Source: an uncultured Alphaproteobacteria bacterium
GTDB taxonomy: Bacteria; Pseudomonadota; Alphaproteobacteria; JAPYRI01
Reading direction: 5' to 3'
DNA: 64,000 nt
Assembly: GCA_964405515.1 (NCBI GenBank)
Contig: CAYOOG010000001.1
Location: 1,003-65,002, forward strand
Shown one piece after another: positions 9,195 through 18,059 of this stretch. The position numbers and the translations under genes are program-made. Each line of letters begins with the position of its first letter. The stretch's first letter is position 1. The notes beneath the pieces are model-generated. The model worked only from the letters and a program-made list of their open reading frames with translations, had not been told where the DNA came from and made no database searches.

Positions 9195-10715
9195 ATGGTC
9201 GCGCACGTAAATACCGTTGCCTTTCTGGGCATCGAGGCCCGCGCCGTCGATGTGCAGGTGCAGATGACCTCGGGGCTACCCGCCTTTGCCGTGGTCGGCC
9301 TGGCCGACAAGGCGGTGGCGGAATCCCGCGAGCGCGTGCGCGCGGCGCTTTCCTCCATCGGCCTCGCCCTGCCGCCCAAACGCATTACCGTGAACCTTGC
9401 GCCCGCCGACCTGCCCAAGGAAGGCAGCCATTACGACTTGCCCATCGCCTTGGGGCTCTTGGTGGCCATGGGTGTTCTGCCGCCGGACGAGGTCGAACAC
9501 TTCACCGTGCTCGGCGAACTTTCCCTCGACGGCAACCTGGCGGCGGTGGCCGGTGTCCTGCCGGCGGCCTTGGAAGCGGCGGCGGCCGGGCGAGGGCTGA
9601 TCTGTCCCGCCGCCACCGGGGGTGAGGCGGCCTGGGCCGGAGAGGTCGAGGTTCTGGCGCCGGGCTCGCTTTTGGCGCTGATCAACCATTTCAAGGGCAC
9701 GCAAGTCTTGACGCCGCCGCAACCGGGTGAGGCCGAGGACGCCGCCAGCGCGCTTGACCTTGCCGACATCAAGGGACAGGAGACCGCCAAACGGGCGCTT
9801 GAGGTGGCCGCCGCCGGGGGCCACAACCTTCTGATGATCGGGCCGCCCGGGGCTGGCAAGTCCATGCTCGCGGCGCGCCTGCCCGGGCTGCTGCCGCCCT
9901 TGTCGCCCGGCGAGGCCCTGGAAGTGAGCATGGTGGCCAGCGTTGCCGGTGAACTGGCGGACGGCAAGCTCACGCGCCGCCGGCCCTTTCGCGAGCCCCA
10001 TCACAACGCCTCCATGGCGGCGCTCGTCGGCGGCGGCCTGAAGGCCAAGCCGGGGGAGGTCTCGCTGGCCCATTTGGGCGTGCTGTTTCTGGATGAGTTC
10101 CCGGAATTTTCGCGGAACGCGCTTGATTCCCTGCGCCAGCCCCTGGAGACCGGCCGGGTTTCGGTGGCCCGCGCCAACGCCCACGTGACCTATCCGGCGC
10201 GGGTGCAGTTGGTGGCCGCCATGAACCCCTGCCGTTGCGGTTATCTGGCGGACGCGGCCCGGGCCTGCAACCGGGTGCCCAAGTGCGCCATTGAATATCA
10301 GTCGAAAATCTCCGGCCCGCTCTTTGATCGCATCGACCTGCACATGGAGGTGCCGGAAGTACGCGCCCAGGATCTGACCTTGCCGCCGCCGGCGGAAAAC
10401 TCCGCCGCCGTGGCGGCGCGGGTGGCTTCGGCCAGATCGGTGCAATTGGAGCGCTACGAGCGCTTGGCGCCGGGCGCCGGCGTGCGCACCAATACCGACG
10501 CCGACGGCGAATTGCTGGAAGAAGTGGCGCGGCCCGATGAAGCGGGCGCCTCGACGCTCGCCGAAGCGGCGGAGCACATGCGGCTATCGGCGCGCGGCTA
10601 CCACCGGGTGTTGCGCGTGGCGCGCACGCTCGCCGATCTCGACGGCGGCGAGGGCGTCAAGCGGCTGCACATCGCCGAGGCGCTGTCCTATCGGCGCATT
10701 GCCTTGCCGAGGTAA
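9195..10715 (+). CDS. comM: YifB/ComM family Mg-chelatase-like AAA+ ATPase
   Basis: MVAHVNTVAFLGIEARAVDVQVQMTSGLPAFAVVGLADKAVAESRERV... is a Lon-like N-domain. It has a Walker A (LLMIGPPGAGKSM) and a C-terminal Mg-chelatase ChlI-like domain. Confidence 0.85.
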   Translation: MVAHVNTVAFLGIEARAVDVQVQMTSGLPAFAVVGLADKAVAESRERVRAALSSIGLALPPKRITVNLAPADLPKEGSHYDLPIALGLLVAMGVLPPDEVEHFTVLGELSLDGNLAAVAGVLPAALEAAAAGRGLICPAATGGEAAWAGEVEVLAPGSLLALINHFKGTQVLTPPQPGEAEDAASALDLADIKGQETAKRALEVAAAGGHNLLMIGPPGAGKSMLAARLPGLLPPLSPGEALEVSMVASVAGELADGKLTRRRPFREPHHNASMAALVGGGLKAKPGEVSLAHLGVLFLDEFPEFSRNALDSLRQPLETGRVSVARANAHVTYPARVQLVAAMNPCRCGYLADAARACNRVPKCAIEYQSKISGPLFDRIDLHMEVPEVRAQDLTLPPPAENSAAVAARVASARSVQLERYERLAPGAGVRTNTDADGELLEEVARPDEAGASTLAEAAEHMRLSARGYHRVLRVARTLADLDGGEGVKRLHIAEALSYRRIALPR

Positions 10716-10725
10716 GACAAAGCCT

Positions 10726-11973
10726 TCATTCGCACGCGCCGTCTTCACAGGTGATGTCACTCTTATCCGCGTCCTGTGTGCAGACGCAACCGTCCTCTTC
10801 TTCCTCGCAATCCCAATACGCCGTGCCCTCGCAACATTCGACGGGGGTGCCGTCTTCGTCCGTTACCTCTTCAGTCACGAATTCAGTGAAATCCACGCAG
10901 GAAGATGTTCCACTGCTGGAGCCGCTGCTTCCGGAACTGCTGGATCCCTCTCCGCCGCTTGTTCCGCTGCTCGATCCGTCGGTGCCCACACCCGTGTCGT
11001 CGCCGGAACCTCCTCCATTCACGTCCTCGCAGCGCTGCTTCAGGCTCACCAGGTCATCCGGGGAGTAGGCATTTTCGAATCGGCGCGTGCACCACCCTTC
11101 CATTCCTGTGAATACGGCAAATGCCCCCGCGCCGCCGGCGATGAGCCCGGCCAAAGGATGCTTTAGCGTGTAGGTGCCTACCAGTCCGCCAACAACAAAA
11201 CCGCCGGCGCTCAAACCCACAAGGCACATGTCCACGGCGGTATTGCGCAGAACCGTATCAACCATGTGGTCGCAATCCAGACCGCCGCCAGAGGCGTAAC
11301 CGAACGTGCAGCTCAAGCTTTCGGTACCGTCGCACTCCAGCGAAGCGGTCCCTGTATCCGACCAAGCAAGAATCTTGCGCTGCTCGGTTTGCCAGATGTT
11401 TGCAGATTCTGTCCTGGGGTCCACATCGGGCAATGAAAGGATCGGCATGATAGGACGTTCCAACACAGTCTCCGACCACAAGGAAATACCGTTGCGTTCC
11501 ACCCACTGGTCGATCATGTCGTTGTCGAACTGCCGATCGTCAACGCCGACGTCAACTGAAAGCCGCATGACAATCTCATAACCGGCAAGACGGCTTCTAA
11601 ACGTCGACATTTTCGTCGCACTGGTTTTCAAGTGATAAATGATGACGTTGTATTCGTTGGTGGTGAACAATACTAAATCCGGCGAACCTCCCCGTTTCCG
11701 ATTCCCCAGGGTGTGCTCGATTTCATAGCCCTCCGGCAATGCCGGGCCAAACTTTGCCTCCAGCCAGGCCGAGCTGCGGCAGGCGCCGTCGAAATAAATC
11801 TTACCGCCCATGCAGGCGCTGCCCGTGAGGCCCATGGGTCCCGTGAGTGCGTCCAGTCTGGTGGGCTGTGCGAGGGCCGGTGAAGCGGCCGAATGGATAA
11901 CGATTGATACGCCAAAAAGAAAAATAGCGGCGAGCGACACAAGCCCCGTTCCGCCGGATTGTTTTACCGTCAT
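10726..11973 (-). CDS. Orphan hypothetical secreted protein: Sec signal, roughly 250 aa domain of unknown fold, glycine-zipper segment, Gly/Ser linker, acidic Cys-rich C-terminus
   Basis: 415 aa ORF. It has a signal peptide with an AXA site (…HSAASPALA|QP) and a GxxxG zipper (VGLSAGGFVVGGLVGTYT…AGLIAGGAGAFAV). A G/S-rich run follows (NGGGSGDDTGVGTDGSSSGTSGGEGSSSSGSSGSSSGTSS), and the last 57 aa carry 9 Cys among many D/E. Local GC is about 45-52% against 65-70% in the flanks. I recognise no family. Confidence 0.6.
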   Translation of the reverse strand: MTVKQSGGTGLVSLAAIFLFGVSIVIHSAASPALAQPTRLDALTGPMGLTGSACMGGKIYFDGACRSSAWLEAKFGPALPEGYEIEHTLGNRKRGGSPDLVLFTTNEYNVIIYHLKTSATKMSTFRSRLAGYEIVMRLSVDVGVDDRQFDNDMIDQWVERNGISLWSETVLERPIMPILSLPDVDPRTESANIWQTEQRKILAWSDTGTASLECDGTESLSCTFGYASGGGLDCDHMVDTVLRNTAVDMCLVGLSAGGFVVGGLVGTYTLKHPLAGLIAGGAGAFAVFTGMEGWCTRRFENAYSPDDLVSLKQRCEDVNGGGSGDDTGVGTDGSSSGTSGGEGSSSSGSSGSSSGTSSCVDFTEFVTEEVTDEDGTPVECCEGTAYWDCEEEEDGCVCTQDADKSDITCEDGACE

Positions 11974-12096
11974 GACAACTACCCCTAAAATAGCGCCATC
12001 TCGCTGCGCGAAATGGAATTGTCAACCAACCAGGGGGCCGCGTCAACGTTGCGCAGCCTGGCAAGAGTTCAGCCCCCGGCAGGGAAAGTCACCCTG

Positions 12097-12663
12097 CTAC
12101 TTTTTCTTCTTTTTCTTTTTGTCGAGCTTGGTGATTTTCTGGCCTTCGAAGGTCAGATTGTACATCAGGCCCTTGTTGGAAAAGATGAAGCCGATGATCG
12201 GTTCCTTGAGCGTTTCGGTGTCGATCTCGCCGCCGGCGCCCATGTCGGCGACGGCGACGCTGCCGTCGATGCCGGCTTCCCAGCCGTCGCTTTCCTGGAA
12301 GTCCTCAAGGGCATAGTCCTCCATGAACAATATGACCTCGGATTTTTTCTGGGCGCCGATCTGAAAACCGATGGAAGCGCCGGCGATGCTGTAATAGGCC
12401 ACGGTTTTCCCATCAACAATAAGCGCGCCTTCGCCGTATTCGCCGCCGATGCCTAGCCCGGCCTTGAGAACCTTGGGAAACACCAGATAGCCCTCGGCCT
12501 CGCCCGCCAGTTCCTTGCCCTCTGGGGATTCTTCGCTGAAGCGTTCGAGCGCCGCCTTGACGCGGGCGTCAATCTCGCGGGCCGATGCCGCCTCGGCCGC
12601 GCGTTCCGAAAATACAAGGGCCAGGCCCAAGATAACGGCGGCGGCGATGATGCGTCTGGTCAT
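12097..12663 (-). CDS. SYLF (Ysc84/DUF500) lipid-binding domain protein with a C-terminal poly-lysine tail
   Basis: It has a signal peptide (MTRRIIAAAVILGLALVFS). The sequence YLVFPKVLKAGLGIGGEYGEGALIVDGKTVAYYSIAGASIGFQIGAQKKSEVILFM follows the SYLF/DUF500 pattern. It ends ...KLDKKKKKK before a TAG stop. Confidence 0.8.
   Translation of the reverse strand: MTRRIIAAAVILGLALVFSERAAEAASAREIDARVKAALERFSEESPEGKELAGEAEGYLVFPKVLKAGLGIGGEYGEGALIVDGKTVAYYSIAGASIGFQIGAQKKSEVILFMEDYALEDFQESDGWEAGIDGSVAVADMGAGGEIDTETLKEPIIGFIFSNKGLMYNLTFEGQKITKLDKKKKKKK
12100..12120. repeat. Poly-pyrimidine (CTT/TTT)n tract; on the coding strand it is (AAG/AAA)n and encodes the poly-K tail
   Basis: The plus strand reads c-tttttcttctttttcttttt immediately 5' of the stop codon complement cta (12097-12099). 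Confidence 0.8.
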
Positions 12664-12705
12664 GTTCGACTCCTCCGAATTGCCCCCTAGAAGCGGGATC
12701 AGAGT

Positions 12706-13554
12706 TTAGGCCTCGCTTACGTCCATGCCAATGTCCACGGCGGGGGCCGATTGGGTGATGCGCCCGACGGAAATATGATCGACACCGGTGAGTGCTATGG
12801 CCCGGATGGTCTCGAGCGTGACACCGCCCGACGCCTCAAGCTTGGCTTTTCCGCGCGCCAGCGCCACCGCCCCTTTAAGCGTGTCCAGGTCCATGTTGTC
12901 GAGGAGCAGCCAGGTCGCGCCGCTGGCCAGGGCCTCTTTCACTTGATCCAAGGTGTCGCACTCTATTTCGATATCTTTAATGCCCTTGGCCCGGACGGCT
13001 TCAATAGCCGCGCCAATACCGCCCGCCAGCGCCACGTGGTTGTCTTTGATCAGCACGGCGTCGTATAGCCCGAAGCGGTGGTTTTCGGCGCCGCCCAGGC
13101 GCGTGGCGTACTTGGCCAGACGGCGCAGGCCGGGAATGGTCTTGCGCGTATCCAAAAGCACGGCGCCGGTACCCGCGATCTCGTCCACGTAGGCGCGGGT
13201 CAAGGTGGCGATCCCCGAAAGGTGCTGCAGCGCATTCAGCGCCGTGCGTTCGGCGGTTAGAAGCGCCGCCGCCGGGCCTTCGACCTTGGCGAGAATTGTA
13301 TCGGCTGCGATCTGGTCACCGTCGTCGGTGCAAGATTCAAAACGGACATCACGGTCGACCTGATGAAAGATTTCCGCCGCCACGCCAAGTCCGGCGACGA
13401 CCATGGGCTCGCGGGCGCAGAGTTGCGCGGCAAGCCGCGCGCCTTCGGCAACGACGCAACTGCTGGTCAGGTCACCGGACCCGATATCCTCAGCCAGGGC
13501 ACGCGCTGCAAAATCGCGAATGTCATCGTTAATGTCGGTGCCCGACGGATCCAT
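12706..13554 (-). CDS. nadC: Nicotinate-nucleotide pyrophosphorylase (quinolinate phosphoribosyltransferase)
   Basis: 282 aa. The sequences ...ALAEDIGSGDLTS... and LLDTRKTIPGLRRLAKYATRLGGAENHRFGLYDAVLIKDNHV are NadC signatures. Confidence 0.9.
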   Translation of the reverse strand: MDPSGTDINDDIRDFAARALAEDIGSGDLTSSCVVAEGARLAAQLCAREPMVVAGLGVAAEIFHQVDRDVRFESCTDDGDQIAADTILAKVEGPAAALLTAERTALNALQHLSGIATLTRAYVDEIAGTGAVLLDTRKTIPGLRRLAKYATRLGGAENHRFGLYDAVLIKDNHVALAGGIGAAIEAVRAKGIKDIEIECDTLDQVKEALASGATWLLLDNMDLDTLKGAVALARGKAKLEASGGVTLETIRAIALTGVDHISVGRITQSAPAVDIGMDVSEA

Positions 13555-13604
13555 TGTTTCAATGGGGAATCAGCGGGGAAAAATTTGGCGGGCGTGTGGG
13601 GCGC

Positions 13605-14642
13605 TCAAGCGACGGCGCGCCGCGGTTCCGCTTCCTTCTTCTCGGCCTTTTTCTTGGGTGACATCTCGAGCATCTTTTCCAAGGGTGCCCGGGCGGCGAT
13701 GCGCACATCCTCGGGCAGCTCGATCTGCGGCGTCATGTCGCGCAAACTGAGATAAAGTTTTTCCAGAGTATTCAGCGCCATGTAGGGGCAGTTGTTGCAA
13801 CCGACGCAGCCGTCGGCGCCCGGCGCACCGATAAAATTTTTCTCCGGCGCCAGTTTTTGCATGTGGTGAATAATTTTCGGCTCGGTGGCGATGATGATGT
13901 CGGTGGCGTCCGAATTGACGACGAAGTCGATCATGCCGGAGGTCGAACCGATATGGTCGGACAAGGCCAAAATCTCGGGTGGGCATTCCGGATGCGACGT
14001 CACGGGCGCATTTGGATACTGCGTCTTGAGGCGCACCATTTCACGGTGGGAGAACTGCTCATGCACGACGCAGGTACCCGGCCAAAGCTCAATGTTATCG
14101 CGGCCGGTCTGTCGTATCAGGTGCGCGCCTAGATATTTGTCGGGCGCGAAGATGATCGGCTGATCCTTGGGAAGTTGACGGATGATGGCCTCGGCGTTGG
14201 TCGAGGTGACAATGATATCGGAAAGCGTCTTTACCTCGGCCGAACAGTTTATGTAAGTCAGCGCCAGATGATTCGGGTGTGCCTCGCGGAAGCGCCGGAA
14301 GTCGCCGGGCTGGCACGATGTTTCAAGCGAGCAACCGGCCTCCATGTCGGGCAAGAGCACAACGCGGTCGGGGCTTAGAATCTTTGCCACTTCGGCCATG
14401 AAAAGCACGCCGCAAAAAACAATGACATCAGCGTCCGTGGCCGCTGCCTTCCGGGACAGGTCGAGGGAGTCGCCGACAAAATCGGCAACGTCCTGAATTT
14501 CGCCGTCCTGGTAAAAGTGCGACAAGATCACGGCGTTACGTTCCCGCCGCAAGCGGTCGATCTCTTTTTCAAGGTCCAGGAAGGGGTCGATTTCGGACAC
14601 GGCACCCAGGCCGTTTAAAGGCAAATCAGTAACTGAGCTCAT
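13605..14642 (-). CDS. nadA: Quinolinate synthase A
   Basis: From the internal Met MSSVTDLPLNG. It carries the Cys motifs of the NadA family (…FCGVLFMAEVAKIL…YINCSAEVK…VTSHPECP…). It lies directly upstream of nadC. Confidence 0.9.
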   Translation of the reverse strand: MSSVTDLPLNGLGAVSEIDPFLDLEKEIDRLRRERNAVILSHFYQDGEIQDVADFVGDSLDLSRKAAATDADVIVFCGVLFMAEVAKILSPDRVVLLPDMEAGCSLETSCQPGDFRRFREAHPNHLALTYINCSAEVKTLSDIIVTSTNAEAIIRQLPKDQPIIFAPDKYLGAHLIRQTGRDNIELWPGTCVVHEQFSHREMVRLKTQYPNAPVTSHPECPPEILALSDHIGSTSGMIDFVVNSDATDIIIATEPKIIHHMQKLAPEKNFIGAPGADGCVGCNNCPYMALNTLEKLYLSLRDMTPQIELPEDVRIAARAPLEKMLEMSPKKKAEKKEAEPRRAVA

Positions 14643-14920
14643 GGCTTTCTCGTGAAATCTCTGGCGTCGGCCATTTGTTCGGCAAAACCTACACTCATTG
14701 CGCGGCGAAAAACAACCAAGAACGGCGTCTACTTTACGCCCCGTGCCGAGCGCCCTATTCCCAAGAAATAGTATGTCCGGGCGGGGGATACCAGTGTTTA
14801 TCGCCCTGAAGGGCGCAAAGTCACGGCTGGACCCGCTCTTGCGCGGGTGGCCAAAGGCGGTACTCTCTCTCCCTTTCACCGCCCCACGGCGGAATCTGGT
14901 ATTTGGCCAAGGAGAATCCC

Positions 14921-16235
14921 GGTGTCCGAAGGACCGGAAAGCAAGAGCATCCGTGCCTTGATCGCGGTTTATGGCCGGCCGGCGATCCTCGCGCTGTTTC
15001 CGCTCGGGTTCGCGAGCGGCCTGCCCCTGGCGCTGACCGCTTCCACACTCATGGTGTGGATGGCGGAATCCGGCGTCGATTTGGCCACCATCGGTCTTTT
15101 TGCCTCGGTGGGCACGCCCTATGCGCTGAAGTTCCTTTGGGCCCCGGTGATGGACCGGGTGGTGCTGCCCTGGCTCGGTACAACCCTTGGCCGCCGCCGG
15201 GGCTGGATTCTACTGACCCAGGTCTTGCTTATGGTGGCCCTGGTTGCTCTGGGCGCCAGCGCGCCCGATCGCAGCGCCGGGATCACTGCAATTCTTGCGT
15301 TTACCGTGGCCTTCCTGTCCGCTAGCCAGGATATCGTCATAGATGCGTTCCGCGTGGAATCCCTCGAAGAACGTGAACAGGCCGCGGGCGCGGCGGCGGT
15401 TGTTTTCGGCTACCGCGTCGGCATGTTGGCCTCGGGTGCGGGAGCGCTTTACCTGGCAAGCTACGCCTCCTGGGCCGTGGCCTATACGGTCATGGCGGGG
15501 CTGATGCTGGTGGGCGTGGTGACGGTGCTGCTGCGGCCCGAGCCGGCGCCCGAATCTGCGGTTAACGCGGACAGGCCCATTTCCCCAGGCGGCGCCAACA
15601 ATCTGGATGCAGCGCTGGCTTGGCTGCGGGAAGCCGTCGTCGCTCCCTTCGCCGACTTCACCCGCCGCCGCGGCTGGCTGGCGATTCTGCTTTTTGTCAT
15701 GCTCTACAAGTTCGGCGACAGTCTGGCCGGTGTCATGACCAGTCCATTCCTGGTGGATGTCGGCTTCAGCAAGATCGAGATCGCCAACGTCAGCAAGGTC
15801 TACGGCTTTGGCGCGACGATGGCCGGGCTGGCCTTGGGCGGCGGTCTGATGAACGCCGCCGGCATGTGGCGCTCGCTGTGGGTCTGCGGCGTTCTGCAAC
15901 TGCTCTCGAACTTCATGTTCGCGGTGCAGGCCATGGTGGGCGCAAACCTCGGCCTACTCGCCCTTACCATCGGCATCGAAAACCTGGCGGGCGGCATGGG
16001 CACGGCGGTATTCGTGGCTTACCTGTCGTCCCTTTGCAATGTCTCCTACACGGCGACCCAATACGCGCTTCTGTCGTCCTTCATGGCGGCGGCGCGAACC
16101 TGGCTGTCGTCCAGCGCCGGCTTCGCGGCGGAGGCAATGGACTGGGTCGGATTCTTCATCATGACGGCGTTCGCCGCCCTGCCGGGTCTCGTTCTTCTGT
16201 GGTGGTTGGGGCGGCGGGAAGAGCGCCGCCCCTAG
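14921..16235 (+). CDS. ampG: AmpG-family muropeptide MFS permease
   Basis: A GTG start sits 7 nt after an AAGGAG RBS. It has 12-14 predicted TM helices, and ALFPLGFASGLPLALTASTLMVWMAESGVDLATIGLFASVGTPYALKFLWAPVMDR matches AmpG. Confidence 0.8.
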
Positions 16236-16406
16236 TTGGGCCCCTGACCGGGGACGCGGCCTCATCCTGTCGGCGACACTCTTGTCCGGCGAAGAAATCA
16301 ATTCATTGCTCGACAGGGATTCTGACAGCGGCTACTTTTGTTTTCAGTAAGCGCGGTCAATAATTTTTCAAACGACCCTATTCCTCGTTTTTTCTCCGTC
16401 GGTGCC

Positions 16407-17948
16407 ATGGCTGAAGACTCCTCCCCCGCCAAAAAAAGCGCTCTCGACAAAGACCTGAAAAAGATCGTCCGCCTGGAAAAGGCCGGGCGCAAGGTTGGGC
16501 TTGAAGTCGGCAAGCTGGGCATTGGCGTTCTGTTTCTGCTTTGCGTTCTCGCCTATGTCTTGCTGACATCAAGCGGTGTGGACGGCGCCGTGTACGTTGT
16601 GGCTGCCGGCGTCATCGGCGGCTACATGGCCATGAACATCGGCGCCAACGACGTGGCCAATAACATGGGCCCGGCTGTAGGCTCGAAAGCCCTGCCGATT
16701 ATGGGCGCCTTGTTCATTGCGGCTATTTGCGAAACCGCCGGCGCCTTGATCGCCGGCGGCGATGTGGTCAGGACCATATCCAAGGGCATCATCGACATAA
16801 ACGCAGTGCCCGGTCTCGATGCCTTTATCTGGGCCATGCTGGCGGCGCTTTTGGCGGCGGCGATTTGGGTCAACATCGCAACCTACATCGGCGCGCCGGT
16901 GTCGACCACCCATGCCATTGTTGGCGGGGTCATGGGTGGCGGCGTGGCGGCGGCAGGCTGGTCCGCTGTTGATTGGCTGGTCTTGGGCAAGATCGCCGCA
17001 AGCTGGGTTGTCTCGCCGGTTATGGGCGGGGTCATAGCCGCATTGATCCTCTATGCGGTGAAACGGTTGGTTGTGTTTCAAGATGACCGAATAGCGGCCT
17101 CGCGGCGATGGGTGCCGATTTTCGTCGCCATTATGTCCAGCGCCTTTTCGGTCTATCTGGTGATGAAGGGGCTGAAGCACGTATGGAGGCCCGGCGCTTT
17201 CGGCTTGTTCGGTATCGGGCTGGCGGCCTTTATCTTGACCATTGCCGCCATGCGCCCGGTTATCAGGGCGGCCTCGGCCAAACTAGAAAATAGGCGCAAG
17301 TCCGTCGCCCGCCTGTTCACGGTTCCCCTGATATTCTCAGCGGCGCTCTTGTCCTTTGCTCACGGCGCCAACGATGTGGCCAATGCGGTCGGGCCGTTGG
17401 CGGCCGTGGTCTCGGCGGTCTCCAGCGGTGGTGTCGAGGCCGAGGTGAATGTGCCCTTGTGGGTGCTTGTTGTGGGCGCCGTCGGCATTTCAGCGGGATT
17501 GGCACTCTATGGTCCCAAGCTCATTCGCATGGTGGGTGAAAAGATTACGCGTCTTGATCCCATTCGCGCCTATTGCGTGGCGCTTGCTGCCGCGGTCACG
17601 GTGATTATCGCCTCGGCCTTGGGCCTGCCGGTCAGTTCTACCCACATCGCCGTGGGGGGAATTTTCGGCGTTGGTTTTTTGCGCGAATACCTGACCAACC
17701 GCAATCGCCGGTTAAGTTATGCCGCCGCCGCTGCCGCACCGCAACCCACCGCAGATGACAACGAAGACCTCGATGCGGAGCCCGACCGCAAGGCGACAAA
17801 AAAGGCCCTCAAGAAAGCGCGCAAACGGCGCCTGGTGCGGCGCCAACACTTTTACGCCATCATTATGGCCTGGGTCATCACCGTGCCCAGCGCCGCCATA
17901 ATGTCGGCCATGATCTATTACATGCTGCGCGGCATAATGCTGCCATGA
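16407..17948 (+). CDS. pit: Inorganic phosphate transporter, PiT family
   Basis: From the internal Met MAEDSS. It has duplicated GANDVAN motifs (NIGANDVANNMGPAVGS and FAHGANDVANAVGPLA), as in PHO4/PiT. Confidence 0.85.
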   Translation: MAEDSSPAKKSALDKDLKKIVRLEKAGRKVGLEVGKLGIGVLFLLCVLAYVLLTSSGVDGAVYVVAAGVIGGYMAMNIGANDVANNMGPAVGSKALPIMGALFIAAICETAGALIAGGDVVRTISKGIIDINAVPGLDAFIWAMLAALLAAAIWVNIATYIGAPVSTTHAIVGGVMGGGVAAAGWSAVDWLVLGKIAASWVVSPVMGGVIAALILYAVKRLVVFQDDRIAASRRWVPIFVAIMSSAFSVYLVMKGLKHVWRPGAFGLFGIGLAAFILTIAAMRPVIRAASAKLENRRKSVARLFTVPLIFSAALLSFAHGANDVANAVGPLAAVVSAVSSGGVEAEVNVPLWVLVVGAVGISAGLALYGPKLIRMVGEKITRLDPIRAYCVALAAAVTVIIASALGLPVSSTHIAVGGIFGVGFLREYLTNRNRRLSYAAAAAAPQPTADDNEDLDAEPDRKATKKALKKARKRRLVRRQHFYAIIMAWVITVPSAAIMSAMIYYMLRGIMLP

Positions 17949-18059
17949 TTGTACGGGGAGCTTAGCGACCCGAAACTAGAGAAGTTTTCTTCCCGCATCG
18001 TGGGCGGCACCCCGGCGGCGGACGCCGCCAAGAAATAAATTGCATTTGCCGAGATGGGG

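Noticed and set aside
9276-10577. Long antisense ORFs opposite real genes. Examples are 9276..10577(-) opposite comM and 21847..23076(-) opposite mutS. Others are 28651..29790(-) opposite trpS, 44423..45886(-) opposite nusA, 47298..48446(-) opposite infB, 53658..54623(-) opposite the NMO gene, 24360..25388(-) opposite glnD, and 5794..6612(-) opposite rsmI.
   Set aside because: These are typical stop-codon-poor antisense frames in a 65-70% GC genome. Their translations are low-complexity (Arg/Gly/Pro/Ala-rich) and have no recognisable motifs. In every case the sense-strand ORF has clear homology.
9195-11973. The low-GC islet as an insertion disrupting comM, by analogy with comM-targeted resistance islands.
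   Set aside because: comM is full length (N-domain, AAA+ and C-terminal domain all present). The islet lies downstream of its stop, so nothing suggests gene disruption.
17960-18010. GGCGGC-ggac-GCCGCC hairpin between convergent pit and maeB, considered as a bidirectional terminator.
   Set aside because: The stem is present but it is not followed by a U-run on either strand. The call was too weak to list as a terminator.
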